Assembly: GCA_044229975.1 (NCBI GenBank)
Contig: JBGARZ010000002.1
Span: 704,001-768,000 of the forward strand
Length of the DNA stretch: 64,000 nucleotides
Source of the DNA: Polyangiales bacterium
GTDB taxonomy: Bacteria > Myxococcota_A > Polyangia > Polyangiales > Ga0077539
Direction of reading: 5' to 3'
Within the stretch, counting starts at the first letter, position 1. Each line of letters opens with the position of its first letter. Shown one piece after another: positions 17,891-27,340 of this stretch. Below the pieces are notes generated by a model that saw only the letters and a program-made list of their open reading frames with translations, searched no databases and was not told the origin of the DNA. The position numbers and the translations under genes were made by a program.

Positions 17891-19456
17891 GTGGACGAAC
17901 TCCCCTCGGGCACCCTCTACGCCGGACGCTACGCCGTCGTCCGCCTCCTCGGACGCGGCTCGGTGAAGCAGGTCTACCTGGCCTACGACCGGCTCACGCA
18001 GACCCAGGTCGCCCTCGCGCGCCTCGCCGAGCGCCACGGCAGCGACGCCACCGTCGGCGCGAGGTTCTCGCGGGAGGCGCGCGCCGCTGCGGCACTGACC
18101 TCACCGTTCACGGTGCGGGTATTCGACGCGGGCAAGACCGCCGACGGTGAGCGCTACCTCGTGAGCGAGGCCGTGTTGGGTCGCGGCCTCGACGACGCCG
18201 TCGCGGCCGGACCGCTGCCCCCGCGCTTCGCCGCGACGTGGACCATCGAGGTGTTGAGCGCGCTCGCCGAGGCGCACGCGAAGGGGCTCGTGCACCGAGA
18301 CGTGAAGCCGGAAAACGTGATGCTCGCGCCGAGCGACGGCGACGCGATCGGCGAGGTCGCGCGGCTGACGGACTTCGGCCTCGCGAAGGTGCTCGACGAG
18401 CGGATGGAGGGCTCGGTGGTCGTCCGCACCGCCGCCGGCGTCGCGATGGGAACGCCCGACTACATGTCCCCCGAGCAGTGGTCGGGCGGCGCCGTCGACC
18501 TGCGCTCCGACCTCTACTCGGTGGGCGTGATGCTCTACGAGATGCTCCTCGGGCGGGTGCCCTTCGAGGGGCCCTCCCTCATGGCGCTGGCCGCGGCTCA
18601 TCACGTCGCGGAGGTCCCTGCCTTCCCCGACGACGCCCCGCCCGCGGTGCGCGCCCTCGAATCCGTCGTTCGACGAGCGCTGGCCAAGCGCACCGACGCG
18701 CGTTGGGCCTCCGCCGACGCGATGCGCGTTGCCATCGAGGCTGCAGCGGGTGTGCGCCTCCCGACGCCGCCCACGGTGCGGGCGCTCATCCCCGATGACG
18801 AGGTGCTCGACGACGTCGCCCACGTCGAGCTGATGAGCGACGCGGGCATCGGCCCCATCCAGGTGCTCGCAACACCGCGCTTGTTCCTGGGACGAACGGG
18901 GCACGTCGTGGCGCGCTGCCTTCCGCAGTCTGAAGACAACGACCGCCGCTCGCGATCGGTCTCTCGTCGCCACGCGCGCATCGAGTGGCGCGGCGGCCAC
19001 GCCTCTCTCGCCGACGCCCGCAGCGCGTCGGGCACCTCCCTCAACGGCCGCGCCGTGCTGCCCGATCGCGACCCGATCCGCCTCGAACACGGCGACGAGA
19101 TCGGCCTCGGCCCCCACGTCCGCTTCCTGTTCGAGCACGCCCGCGCGCCTGCTGGAGAGCTTCCGTCGTGGGCCCGCCTGACGCGCCTCGACCGCCACGG
19201 CGAAGGCATCGTGCACGTGCTGGTGCTCATCGAAGCGATCGTCTCCACATCGCCCGACGCCGCCGTCGTCGCGCCGACGAGCGCCCGCGACGCGACGCTG
19301 ATCCTTCGCGCGCGCAACGGTCGCATGGTGGCGTTGCGCGACGAGTCCGAGATGCCCGTCGAGCTCTTCGACGGCCAGCGCTGGCGCCTCGGCGACACGA
19401 CGTGGACCGTCGCCGTGCACGACCGCCGCGGCAGCTTCCCGACCCCCGATCGCTGA
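17891..19456 (+). CDS. Ser/Thr kinase-FHA protein with WNK-like lysine relocation
   Basis: GRGSVKQVY, VALARL (no beta-3 Lys), RFSREA, HRDVKPEN, DFG, YMSPE; FHA motifs LGR, VSRRHARI, SASGTSLNG. Confidence 0.9.
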   Translation: MDELPSGTLYAGRYAVVRLLGRGSVKQVYLAYDRLTQTQVALARLAERHGSDATVGARFSREARAAAALTSPFTVRVFDAGKTADGERYLVSEAVLGRGLDDAVAAGPLPPRFAATWTIEVLSALAEAHAKGLVHRDVKPENVMLAPSDGDAIGEVARLTDFGLAKVLDERMEGSVVVRTAAGVAMGTPDYMSPEQWSGGAVDLRSDLYSVGVMLYEMLLGRVPFEGPSLMALAAAHHVAEVPAFPDDAPPAVRALESVVRRALAKRTDARWASADAMRVAIEAAAGVRLPTPPTVRALIPDDEVLDDVAHVELMSDAGIGPIQVLATPRLFLGRTGHVVARCLPQSEDNDRRSRSVSRRHARIEWRGGHASLADARSASGTSLNGRAVLPDRDPIRLEHGDEIGLGPHVRFLFEHARAPAGELPSWARLTRLDRHGEGIVHVLVLIEAIVSTSPDAAVVAPTSARDATLILRARNGRMVALRDESEMPVELFDGQRWRLGDTTWTVAVHDRRGSFPTPDR

Positions 19457-19460
19457 CGCG

Positions 19461-20996
19461 TCAGTCGAGCGGAGGCAGCGGGCGATCGCGCATCCGCCAC
19501 GCGGTGCGGGTGGCCACGGTCATGATGGAGAGCTGCGGGTTTACACCGAGGCTGGTGGGCAGAACGCTGCCGTCCGCGATGTAGAGCTCCTGCGTGTCCC
19601 ACACGCGCCCGTCGGGGTCGACCACCGAGTTCTCGCGCGAGCAACCCATGCGAGCGCTGCCGAGCGGGTGCTGCGACGCGCACTCGATGCGCGACGACGG
19701 AAACTTCGTCAGATCGGTTCGGCGAAAGGCGTCGGCGTCGAGCCCGCGCAGCCCGAGCACCGGGATGAACACCTCCTCCGCCCCCGCCGCGAAGAAGGTC
19801 TCCGCGAGCAGCGTGATGACCCGCGGAATCTTCGCGCGATCCTCCGGCGCCATCCGGTAGGTGACCACCGGCTCGCGACCCGGCCCGCGGTGCACCGTGC
19901 CCCCGCCCGCGTCGTGGATGATCCCGCCGAACATCGCGAGGTGGTCGATGTTGCGCGCCGCCGCCACGTGCTCCGGCCCGACCCCCGGCATCGTCGCGCC
20001 GAGCACGCCGTTGGGGACGAACAGCCCCATCAGCGTGATGCCCTCATGCTCGAACGCGTCGGTGTACGCGCTCTGCAACGCGCCCTGCCAGCCGCGCACC
20101 GGCCGCGCGAAGCGCGCCAACACCCTGAACCCCGGGTGCAACGTCATCCCCTGCCCGACCCAGCGCGGGTGCCCGACGCCGCTCCGTCGCAGCAGCAGCG
20201 GCGTGTGCCAGGCCCCCGCAGCCACGACGACCCGTCGTGCGCGCACCCGCAACCGATCGCCCGGCGAGGCCCCATCGCGGTTGAGCAGACGCCCCACGAC
20301 ACCCACCGCACGCCCGTTGCGAGTGACGACGCGATCGACCAGCGCGTGTGACCAGACCTGCACGCCCTGTTCGACGGCACGCGGCAGGTAGCTGAGGTCG
20401 ACGCTCATCTTGGCGCCGTGGGGGCAGCCGAAATTGCAGCGACCGCAGCCATTACAACCCTTGGTATTCCGCCGGATGGGCTTGATCGGCAGGCCCAGCC
20501 GCTCGGCCCCTTCGACGAAGAGCGAGGTCGAGCGGGAGCGCATCCCCACGGGCACCTCCTCGACGTGGATCGCCCGCTCCACGTGGCTGACGTAGGGTTC
20601 GAGCGCCGCCTCCGAGTACTCCTCCAGTCCCAGCTCGCGCTGCCACTCGTCGAGCACCGCGCCTGGGATACGGAAGCAGACGCCGCCGGTGAGCACCGAG
20701 GAGCCTCCCACGCACCTTCCCATGGTGACGTTGATGGCCGGGCTGTCGCCGACCCCCAACGCCGCGACGAAGGCCCCGTCGCGCCACGCGGGGCGCATCG
20801 ACTCGCTCGGACGCATCTGGCCGTGCTGCGGCCCCTCGATGCGTGGCCCCTCCTCCAACACGATCACCCGCAGCCCGCTCTGGGCGAGCTCCGTCGCGAC
20901 CACCGAACCTCCGGCCCCGGAGCCGACCACCACGACGTCGCAGTCGAGTTCCAGCGGACCGCGGTGATCGCGCGCCGAGAAGTACCCGCCGTTCAC
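19461..20996 (-). CDS. GMC family FAD oxidoreductase (long-chain alcohol oxidase-like)
   Basis: VVVGSGAGG, GRCVGGSS, CNGCGRCNFGCP, SQHPLGSARMG, PTSLGVNPQ; GTG start overlaps the upstream stop. Confidence 0.92.
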   Translation of the reverse strand: MNGGYFSARDHRGPLELDCDVVVVGSGAGGSVVATELAQSGLRVIVLEEGPRIEGPQHGQMRPSESMRPAWRDGAFVAALGVGDSPAINVTMGRCVGGSSVLTGGVCFRIPGAVLDEWQRELGLEEYSEAALEPYVSHVERAIHVEEVPVGMRSRSTSLFVEGAERLGLPIKPIRRNTKGCNGCGRCNFGCPHGAKMSVDLSYLPRAVEQGVQVWSHALVDRVVTRNGRAVGVVGRLLNRDGASPGDRLRVRARRVVVAAGAWHTPLLLRRSGVGHPRWVGQGMTLHPGFRVLARFARPVRGWQGALQSAYTDAFEHEGITLMGLFVPNGVLGATMPGVGPEHVAAARNIDHLAMFGGIIHDAGGGTVHRGPGREPVVTYRMAPEDRAKIPRVITLLAETFFAAGAEEVFIPVLGLRGLDADAFRRTDLTKFPSSRIECASQHPLGSARMGCSRENSVVDPDGRVWDTQELYIADGSVLPTSLGVNPQLSIMTVATRTAWRMRDRPLPPLD

Positions 20997-21433
20997 GAGG
21001 GCCTCTTCAGGCAGAGCCCGTCGTAGCCAACCTCGCGCGCCGCCGCGGGGTGCTCGTACCAGACGATGCAGAGCGCCGCCTTCGCACCAAAAAACGCCAG
21101 CGCGAGCGGGCTCTCCTCGAAGCGGGTGAGCGCGACCGCACGCGCCTCGGGAGGGAGCGCAGAGAAGCGCCCGAAGCGACCGATGAGGAGCGGCGCCAAC
21201 AGGTCGAGCACCGTGATGCAAAGCAGGAAGACCGAGCGAGAGCGGGTGCCAGCATGGGCGAAGAAGTGGTCGAGGTCATCGCCGAGCCATGTGAGGCGGT
21301 CGACCGGCGGCGCGCCCTCGTCCCGGGCGAACAACGTCCCAGCAATCGCCACTGCCACGCGACGAGCGTCGTCGGAGAGGCCGTCCCCACCACGCACGCC
21401 ATCCGGCACCTCGACACGCAATCCGTCCGACAT
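20993..21433 (-). CDS. Small GMC-associated protein (gluconate 2-dehydrogenase gamma-subunit-like)
   Basis: RFSALPPEARAVAL and WYEHPAAAREVGYDG; translationally coupled to the GMC gene. Confidence 0.7.
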   Translation of the reverse strand: MSDGLRVEVPDGVRGGDGLSDDARRVAVAIAGTLFARDEGAPPVDRLTWLGDDLDHFFAHAGTRSRSVFLLCITVLDLLAPLLIGRFGRFSALPPEARAVALTRFEESPLALAFFGAKAALCIVWYEHPAAAREVGYDGLCLKRPS

Positions 21434-21472
21434 GGACAGATCATCGCATAGAGGCGCGGAACAACGACGAGA

Positions 21473-22018
21473 CTAGCGGTTGTACTCGGGGGCGTACTGC
21501 CCGGTGGCGGGATCGATTCCGACCGCGCGCAGGCCGTCGTCGAGGGAGCGCGGAGTTGCGTCGGCGGCGACGGGGGCAGGCGTGCGGTTCCAGACGGTGA
21601 CCAGGGTGCGGTCGCCCTCGTCACGCACGCCAACGTCGACGACGAAGTTCGATTGCACGTTGCGGACGATGCCACGGTGGATCAGCGCCGCGAGCGGATG
21701 GATGTCCGCATCGCGCATCTCCAGGCGCTGCTCCAGATAGCGCATCACGCGCGGCATCGGCGCCTCGACCCTGAACGTCTTCATGCTGTCGGTGGCGAGG
21801 TGCTCCCGAGACACGGTCGGCATCGCGAGCCCGAACGCGCTCAGACTCCCAGGGAGCAGATCGTCGTTGGAGGGAGGAGCGTCGTCGAGCGACTGCTCCT
21901 GTACCACCGCAGCCGCAACAGGCGCCGCGGAGGCGGAGGGCGTGGCTCGTGGCCGACGGTGGCAGGCCACCACCGCCGACAACAAGAGGAGAATGCTACC
22001 GAGCCGGGTGCCCATCAC
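21473..22018 (-). CDS. Hypothetical lipoprotein coupled to pilY1
   Basis: Lipobox VVAC; ATGA overlap with the pilY1 stop. Confidence 0.72.
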   Translation of the reverse strand: MMGTRLGSILLLLSAVVACHRRPRATPSASAAPVAAAVVQEQSLDDAPPSNDDLLPGSLSAFGLAMPTVSREHLATDSMKTFRVEAPMPRVMRYLEQRLEMRDADIHPLAALIHRGIVRNVQSNFVVDVGVRDEGDRTLVTVWNRTPAPVAADATPRSLDDGLRAVGIDPATGQYAPEYNR

Positions 22019-25000
22019 TCAAAGACAGCGGCGACCGAGTCGATGCGCGAGGGGATGATCGGCGAGGGCAACGAGCGGGAGAACACAGCGGTGGTCGTCC
22101 CGCCCACCATCCCGGTCTGCGCGATCTGCAACACGAGGCGGTACTCGCCGCCCGTGGTGGAGCTCACGAAGGTGCGAGGCGAACCGGTGATCGGGTCGAT
22201 CACATCGGCGCTCACGTTGCAGTTCGGGCGGCGGGCGACCGCGACGCCGAAGAGCAGGCTGTTGGCGTCGTCGAGGTCGCTGCCGTTGTTGTTGAGGTCA
22301 CGCGTGACCCGCACGACGTCCGCCGTGGTCATCGGGTCGCCATCGCGATCGAGACGGCCCTGCGGGTACGTCGAGCCCGTTGGATCGTTGCGGCTCAGGT
22401 CAACACCCCAGAGGCGGGCCGCGCCCATCTGGCAAGGATCGGTGCCCGTCTGCGGCGCAAAGGTGCCGAAGTAGAGGACGTTGTTGAAGAGCGTCATGGA
22501 GCCCGTCAGGCGCTCGCCGGCGAGGAGATCGCGGTCCGTGGTCTGCGACCCCGGGCGAATACCCCAGTTCTCCTCGATGTTGATCGCGACCGAGGTGCCC
22601 GCGGCGTCCGTGGTCGTCGACTCCATGATGGACTCGATCCGGTTCTCCTGGGTGCCCGAGAGGTCTTCGGTGTCGCCCGATCCGAATGCGATGATCGTGC
22701 GGCCGAGGTCATCGATGCTGGTCACCGGGCGCTCGATGATGGGCTGACCGCTCTGATAGCCCCGATCCCAGAAGAGATCGAACTCGGTCGCCATCCACCA
22801 CTGGGCGGGGTTGGGGTTGGTCAGGTCGACACGCCAGAGCATGCCGTCCGCGTCGCCGACGTAGGCGCGCGTGGTGACGACACCAGCGAGGCCGTTGTAG
22901 AGGGCCGGCGCACCAACGATGGGGGAATGCGTTGGCGTGGGGCTCGTCGTCGTCGGCATCGCGGGGTCGTAGGGGACGGCCGACGGAGCAGCGCCGATCT
23001 TCCGGATCAGCTCACCCGTCTGGAGGTTGACCACGTAGAAGAACCGACCGTGGTTGCTGTTCCAGCAGCGGACGAAGGGACGCTGCGCGCCGCGACCACC
23101 GGACCAACCTGTCATGAGACCATTGGGCCGGGTGCTGCTCGGTGCCGAGGTCGGGGAGCAGCTCGCGGCCTGCTCACCGGTGCCGCCCGGAATGAACGCG
23201 ACCGCTCGCTCCACCGAGGGCCCGCCGTTCGGCGAATAGAACACCGTACCGATCGCCGGCGTGCCCGACGAGACGGTCAGGTCGGGGTCGGTGAACTGCC
23301 ACAGGAAGCGAGGGTTGTAGGGGTCCGTCACGTCCATGCCGATGTACGCGCCGCCGCCACCGCGGAGTCCCACCACGAGCACGGTGCGCCAGCTGCTGTC
23401 GTCCTGCAGTGAGCCCGTCGAGCGCTCGTAGTAGATCTCCTTGACCACCGGCGAGCCGTCGACACCCAGGGTACGGGTTGTCGGGTACCCGCTGCGAAGG
23501 TTGGGCACGAGGTACGGAGGGACAAACCCCCACACTTCCTCGCCCGAGTCCGTGTTGAAGGCGTGGAGCACGCCGTCGTTGCTGCCGACGTAGACAATGG
23601 GCTCACGCGTTCCGACGGTCACCGCGGTGCGACGACGGCCAGTGAGCGGCAACGTTCGCTGGCGAAAGGCGAGGAAGGTCTGGTCGGGGAGATTGATACG
23701 CGGCGCCGAGACATAGGTCGGCGTCGAGCGGAAGATGTCACCGAGCGGACGATCCTGCCGGATGGTGCCGACATCGCCACGAAGCCAGGCGAGCAGGTCA
23801 GAGACCTCCGTCGTCGTGGTGTAGTTGAACAGCGCCGGCGACATGGAGGGCGAGAGTTCGACCGCGGTACCCGCACCGGCCGTCAAGCCGTTGATCATCG
23901 TTTGGCGGAGGTCCGCAGAAGTGGTGGCGGTCGTGGGCACGAAGGTCCACAGGTAGCGACCACCCCAGCCACGGCTGTCGCGAATCGGGCGACGGAGATT
24001 GTAGGCAAAGTCATCGCCCGCAGCCTGATCCGGCGCCACTGGGGTCGGCACCGGAGGAGCACCCGACGACGGAGCCTGACAGACCGTTCGCGTGCGCGTG
24101 AGCAACCCGGACCACGGACGCCCGGGCGTCACGTTGAAGGCTGCATTGAACTGGTACTGGGAAGTTCCGCTTGCGGCCGTCGTGCCTGCCTCGCCAAACA
24201 CCGGCGGCGTGCGCGTCGAGGTCTGCGAGGTGATGGTATCGATGATGGCCGAGAGTGCGGCCGAGAACGTCGGCCGGTCGTTGGCGTAGTAGACGCGCGT
24301 CGTGTTGCCCGCCATCGCGATGGGCTCAAGCGCGCTGACCGCGTCGGGATCGCTGGCGTTGAACGCGAGCACGTAGGTCTTCACGTTGGGGGCACCGCCG
24401 CCTGCCATCGCCATTGCAAAGGCGGTCGCCGCAGGCTCCAGATACGGGCAGGTGCCACCCACGCACGCCGGGCGGAAGTCTGTCGGCGCGCCATCCGTGA
24501 TGAGGATGTTCGCGCGGGTTCGGCAGTTGAAGTAGGGGTCACCCGCGCCGCCGGACGAGCCGTCGGTGACGTCGGTGTTGTTACGCCAGTAATAAAGGGC
24601 GTCTTCCAACATGCCGGCGATGGGAGTGGCCCCGAACGGGCGCACACCAGGCATCTCCGTGACCATCGTCATCGGGTTGGCCACGCGACCCGCGAGGCTC
24701 TCCTGCACCTGGCGGTTGATGAGCGCGAGGGCCGCCGTGTCCGCGCTGGCTGGACCAACCGAGATGAGGCCGCCCGGCACCACATCGGCGACGTTGCCGT
24801 CCGTCGAGGCGCGCTTCGCTCCGACGTTGACCGTCAGCGGGGTCGTGCACATCGGCGGGCTGAAGATGCGGTCGCCGTTCGAGCCCGGACCCGTGGGGTA
24901 CGAGAACATCCCGTCGTTGGCGAGAGTGCCCGTGCGGTTGTCGTTGTCGAAGGTCATCAACCCGAAGCGCACGCGGTCGGCGTACACGTCGAGGATGCCG

Positions 25001-25440
25001 TCGTTCGCCTGGCGCGCGGCAGGGTCGTGCAGCGGCACGTTATGGGACAAGGGCTGGTGGTGCGAATACGCGTAAAGGTAATCGTAGTTGAAGTTGGCGG
25101 TGGTGCGCGCCGACTCCACACACGAGAATGCCTCGATGGTGCCAGTGAGCACCTCCAACGCAGTCGTCCAGCGGTTGCGCTGCTCGTCCGCGGGACATGC
25201 CGATGAGCACATCGACGCGCCGTTCGAGCACACGTTGCAGACGCCGCCCGACGCTCCCCGGCACAGGTTGTTGGGGACGTTGGTCCTGAACTCCATCGAG
25301 CCCGACGTGTCGTCGAGCACCATGATGTTCGGTCGAATCAACCGCACATCTGCGGGCTGAGCGCCCGCGATACGCGGGGCTGAAAGCCAGCCCAACACCA
25401 TGATGGAGAGGGCTCCGAGTCGCTTGCGGTTCAGTTGCAT
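22015..25440 (-). CDS. pilY1: Type IV pilus tip adhesin PilY1/PilC (vWA plus beta-propeller)
   Basis: Signal peptide; MIDAS-like DTSGS...ATP...LITDG; WLRGD, LGDIFRSTP, YVGSNDGVLHAF, EVWGFVP, GVDGSP, WRTVLVVGLRGGG; follows the minor pilins. Confidence 0.92.
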   Translation of the reverse strand: MQLNRKRLGALSIMVLGWLSAPRIAGAQPADVRLIRPNIMVLDDTSGSMEFRTNVPNNLCRGASGGVCNVCSNGASMCSSACPADEQRNRWTTALEVLTGTIEAFSCVESARTTANFNYDYLYAYSHHQPLSHNVPLHDPAARQANDGILDVYADRVRFGLMTFDNDNRTGTLANDGMFSYPTGPGSNGDRIFSPPMCTTPLTVNVGAKRASTDGNVADVVPGGLISVGPASADTAALALINRQVQESLAGRVANPMTMVTEMPGVRPFGATPIAGMLEDALYYWRNNTDVTDGSSGGAGDPYFNCRTRANILITDGAPTDFRPACVGGTCPYLEPAATAFAMAMAGGGAPNVKTYVLAFNASDPDAVSALEPIAMAGNTTRVYYANDRPTFSAALSAIIDTITSQTSTRTPPVFGEAGTTAASGTSQYQFNAAFNVTPGRPWSGLLTRTRTVCQAPSSGAPPVPTPVAPDQAAGDDFAYNLRRPIRDSRGWGGRYLWTFVPTTATTSADLRQTMINGLTAGAGTAVELSPSMSPALFNYTTTTEVSDLLAWLRGDVGTIRQDRPLGDIFRSTPTYVSAPRINLPDQTFLAFRQRTLPLTGRRRTAVTVGTREPIVYVGSNDGVLHAFNTDSGEEVWGFVPPYLVPNLRSGYPTTRTLGVDGSPVVKEIYYERSTGSLQDDSSWRTVLVVGLRGGGGAYIGMDVTDPYNPRFLWQFTDPDLTVSSGTPAIGTVFYSPNGGPSVERAVAFIPGGTGEQAASCSPTSAPSSTRPNGLMTGWSGGRGAQRPFVRCWNSNHGRFFYVVNLQTGELIRKIGAAPSAVPYDPAMPTTTSPTPTHSPIVGAPALYNGLAGVVTTRAYVGDADGMLWRVDLTNPNPAQWWMATEFDLFWDRGYQSGQPIIERPVTSIDDLGRTIIAFGSGDTEDLSGTQENRIESIMESTTTDAAGTSVAINIEENWGIRPGSQTTDRDLLAGERLTGSMTLFNNVLYFGTFAPQTGTDPCQMGAARLWGVDLSRNDPTGSTYPQGRLDRDGDPMTTADVVRVTRDLNNNGSDLDDANSLLFGVAVARRPNCNVSADVIDPITGSPRTFVSSTTGGEYRLVLQIAQTGMVGGTTTAVFSRSLPSPIIPSRIDSVAAVFE

Positions 25441-26105
25441 GGAATCACCGTGATGGCGCGGAGCGATTCCGTCCCGCGCGCGATGTTGGTGGGGTCAGTG
25501 CCGTAAAGGCTGGAAGCAAGTTCGGTCGTACCTTCGGACTCGACCAGGAGACGCACCGGGAGCACCGTGAGGCTCGGATCGCTCACATCGGTTCCCCGCT
25601 GAGGCGATGTGTCAGCACCAAGTTCGGTGACGCGGACCTGGAAGCGCGGCGTGAGACCGCCCGCGCCGAACGACCCCGCGGTGCGAGAAATGCCCGTACC
25701 CGTGGCGTCGGTGAACACCCTCTGAGGCGTCGTGATCACGTCGAAGTCGCCCAGGTAGAAGGTGTAGCAGGGAGGCGTGATGGGCCCGCGCGACGTCGTG
25801 ATGGTCGGACACCCCGGGATCCCCCCGGTCGTCAGCGCACGCACCCGGAGGTTGGAGCTGAAGTACGCGGCGCAGGCGGTGCGCAACCGGGTCATCACCG
25901 CCGACGCGCCGGCCTCAGCGACGTAGTGGGTCTGCGCCGACTGCCGGACGTAGCCCGACGAACGAATCTCGAGGGCCGACGAGCGCGTCACGAAGACCCC
26001 CGCAGCGCTCACCATCATGAGGAGCATCATCACGACAAACATCGCGACGCCGCGCTGTCCGCGCCGTGTCCTGTGCCGCCTCTTGCTGGTCGCTACACGT
26101 GTCAT
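25431..26105 (-). CDS. pilX: Minor pilin, PilX-like
   Basis: QRG/VAMFVVMMLL prepilin-like N-terminus without Glu+5; YVAEAG motif; AGGAGG SD before ATG 26105. Confidence 0.82.
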   Translation of the reverse strand: MTRVATSKRRHRTRRGQRGVAMFVVMMLLMMVSAAGVFVTRSSALEIRSSGYVRQSAQTHYVAEAGASAVMTRLRTACAAYFSSNLRVRALTTGGIPGCPTITTSRGPITPPCYTFYLGDFDVITTPQRVFTDATGTGISRTAGSFGAGGLTPRFQVRVTELGADTSPQRGTDVSDPSLTVLPVRLLVESEGTTELASSLYGTDPTNIARGTESLRAITVIPCN

Positions 26106-26125
26106 CGTCCTCCTGGGCATTCCGT

Positions 26126-27340
26126 TCAACGAAGGTTGCGAATCGCGAGATTGGGCACCGCGATCTCGGTGACGAGCGAGCGCACACGGGCTGCGCCGAT
26201 GCGGTTGTTGAACACGCGGAAGCGCGTCAGAGCCGACGTGGCGCCGCGAGGAACCCAACCAAACCCAGGCTCCTGATCGCGGTCGCGGATCGACAGCCGC
26301 ACGATGACCGACCGGATCTGCTGCGGGCGCGCGGTGGTCCCGCCGCTCGCCACCGAACCAGCCAAGGTCGTGATGGCGCTATCACCGAAGGCGAGCGTGC
26401 GCATCGAGGGTTGGGCCACGATGGTGTTGGCCGGATTGCCGAGGTCGTAGGCAATCGAGGCATCGAAGTCGACCGCGTACTCGCCGACGAGACGGGCCGC
26501 CGAGGTGATCTCGGTCGGGCTCGGGCGCAGGTCGTACTCGCGACGAATGAGGTCCGTCTTCGCCGCCCGTACGACCAGGTCGGTTGGGTAGAGTTCGCCG
26601 AGCCGCGACGCCAGGCTGCCGATCTCGTACTCGACCATCATCATCGGGGCGACGGTCGCGCCAACGCCGAGGCCCGCGAGACCGCAACCCGCCCCCGCGG
26701 AGCTCGCGCTCGCCCCCGCCCCCTGCACGAGCGGGCTCGACGCCAGGAGCAGCGACGAGAGGCCCGTGGAGTTGGAAGCCACCCAGGTACCGCCCATCGA
26801 GACCGCGAACTGCATCTGCCCGGTGGTGCTCATGATGCGCAGGAGGCGAGGCGACATCGCCGTGCCGAAGATGCGATCGAACTCGACCTGGCTTTGGATG
26901 CGCGTCCACTGCGGTGACTGGTTTTGCAGCGCGAGCGTTGAGCCCGACACGCCAGCGACGGTGTACTCGTCGGCAGAGGCGTAGTTGCCGGTCAGACGCA
27001 TCACGATGGGATTGATGTGCGCGTTGTCCGCAGGCAGCAGCGTGGGGTTGGGGCTGGAGCGCGCGATCTCGATGCCCTGATACCCCGTCGTCGGACGAGG
27101 GCAGACCCTCGGGTCAAGCACGCTGTTGGGCGTACCCATATAACCCGCGCGAGAGACGTCGGCGCGAATCTGCTCCATCGCAAAGCGCAGTCGGAGCTGC
27201 ATCTCCGCAGTGCGCTGCTGCTGATTGAAGGTCTCCGTGGCCGAGCTCGACACCGCGTACAGCGCCGACACGACGATGGACGTGAGGAGGATCGCGATGA
27301 GCAGCTCGACGAGCGTATAGCCGGGGTTCGAGCGCCTCAT
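26126..27340 (-). CDS. pilW: Minor pilin, PilW-like
   Basis: G/YTLVELLIAI prepilin motif; AMEQIRADVSRAGY; IRSVIVRL. Confidence 0.85.
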   Translation of the reverse strand: MRRSNPGYTLVELLIAILLTSIVVSALYAVSSSATETFNQQQRTAEMQLRLRFAMEQIRADVSRAGYMGTPNSVLDPRVCPRPTTGYQGIEIARSSPNPTLLPADNAHINPIVMRLTGNYASADEYTVAGVSGSTLALQNQSPQWTRIQSQVEFDRIFGTAMSPRLLRIMSTTGQMQFAVSMGGTWVASNSTGLSSLLLASSPLVQGAGASASSAGAGCGLAGLGVGATVAPMMMVEYEIGSLASRLGELYPTDLVVRAAKTDLIRREYDLRPSPTEITSAARLVGEYAVDFDASIAYDLGNPANTIVAQPSMRTLAFGDSAITTLAGSVASGGTTARPQQIRSVIVRLSIRDRDQEPGFGWVPRGATSALTRFRVFNNRIGAARVRSLVTEIAVPNLAIRNLR

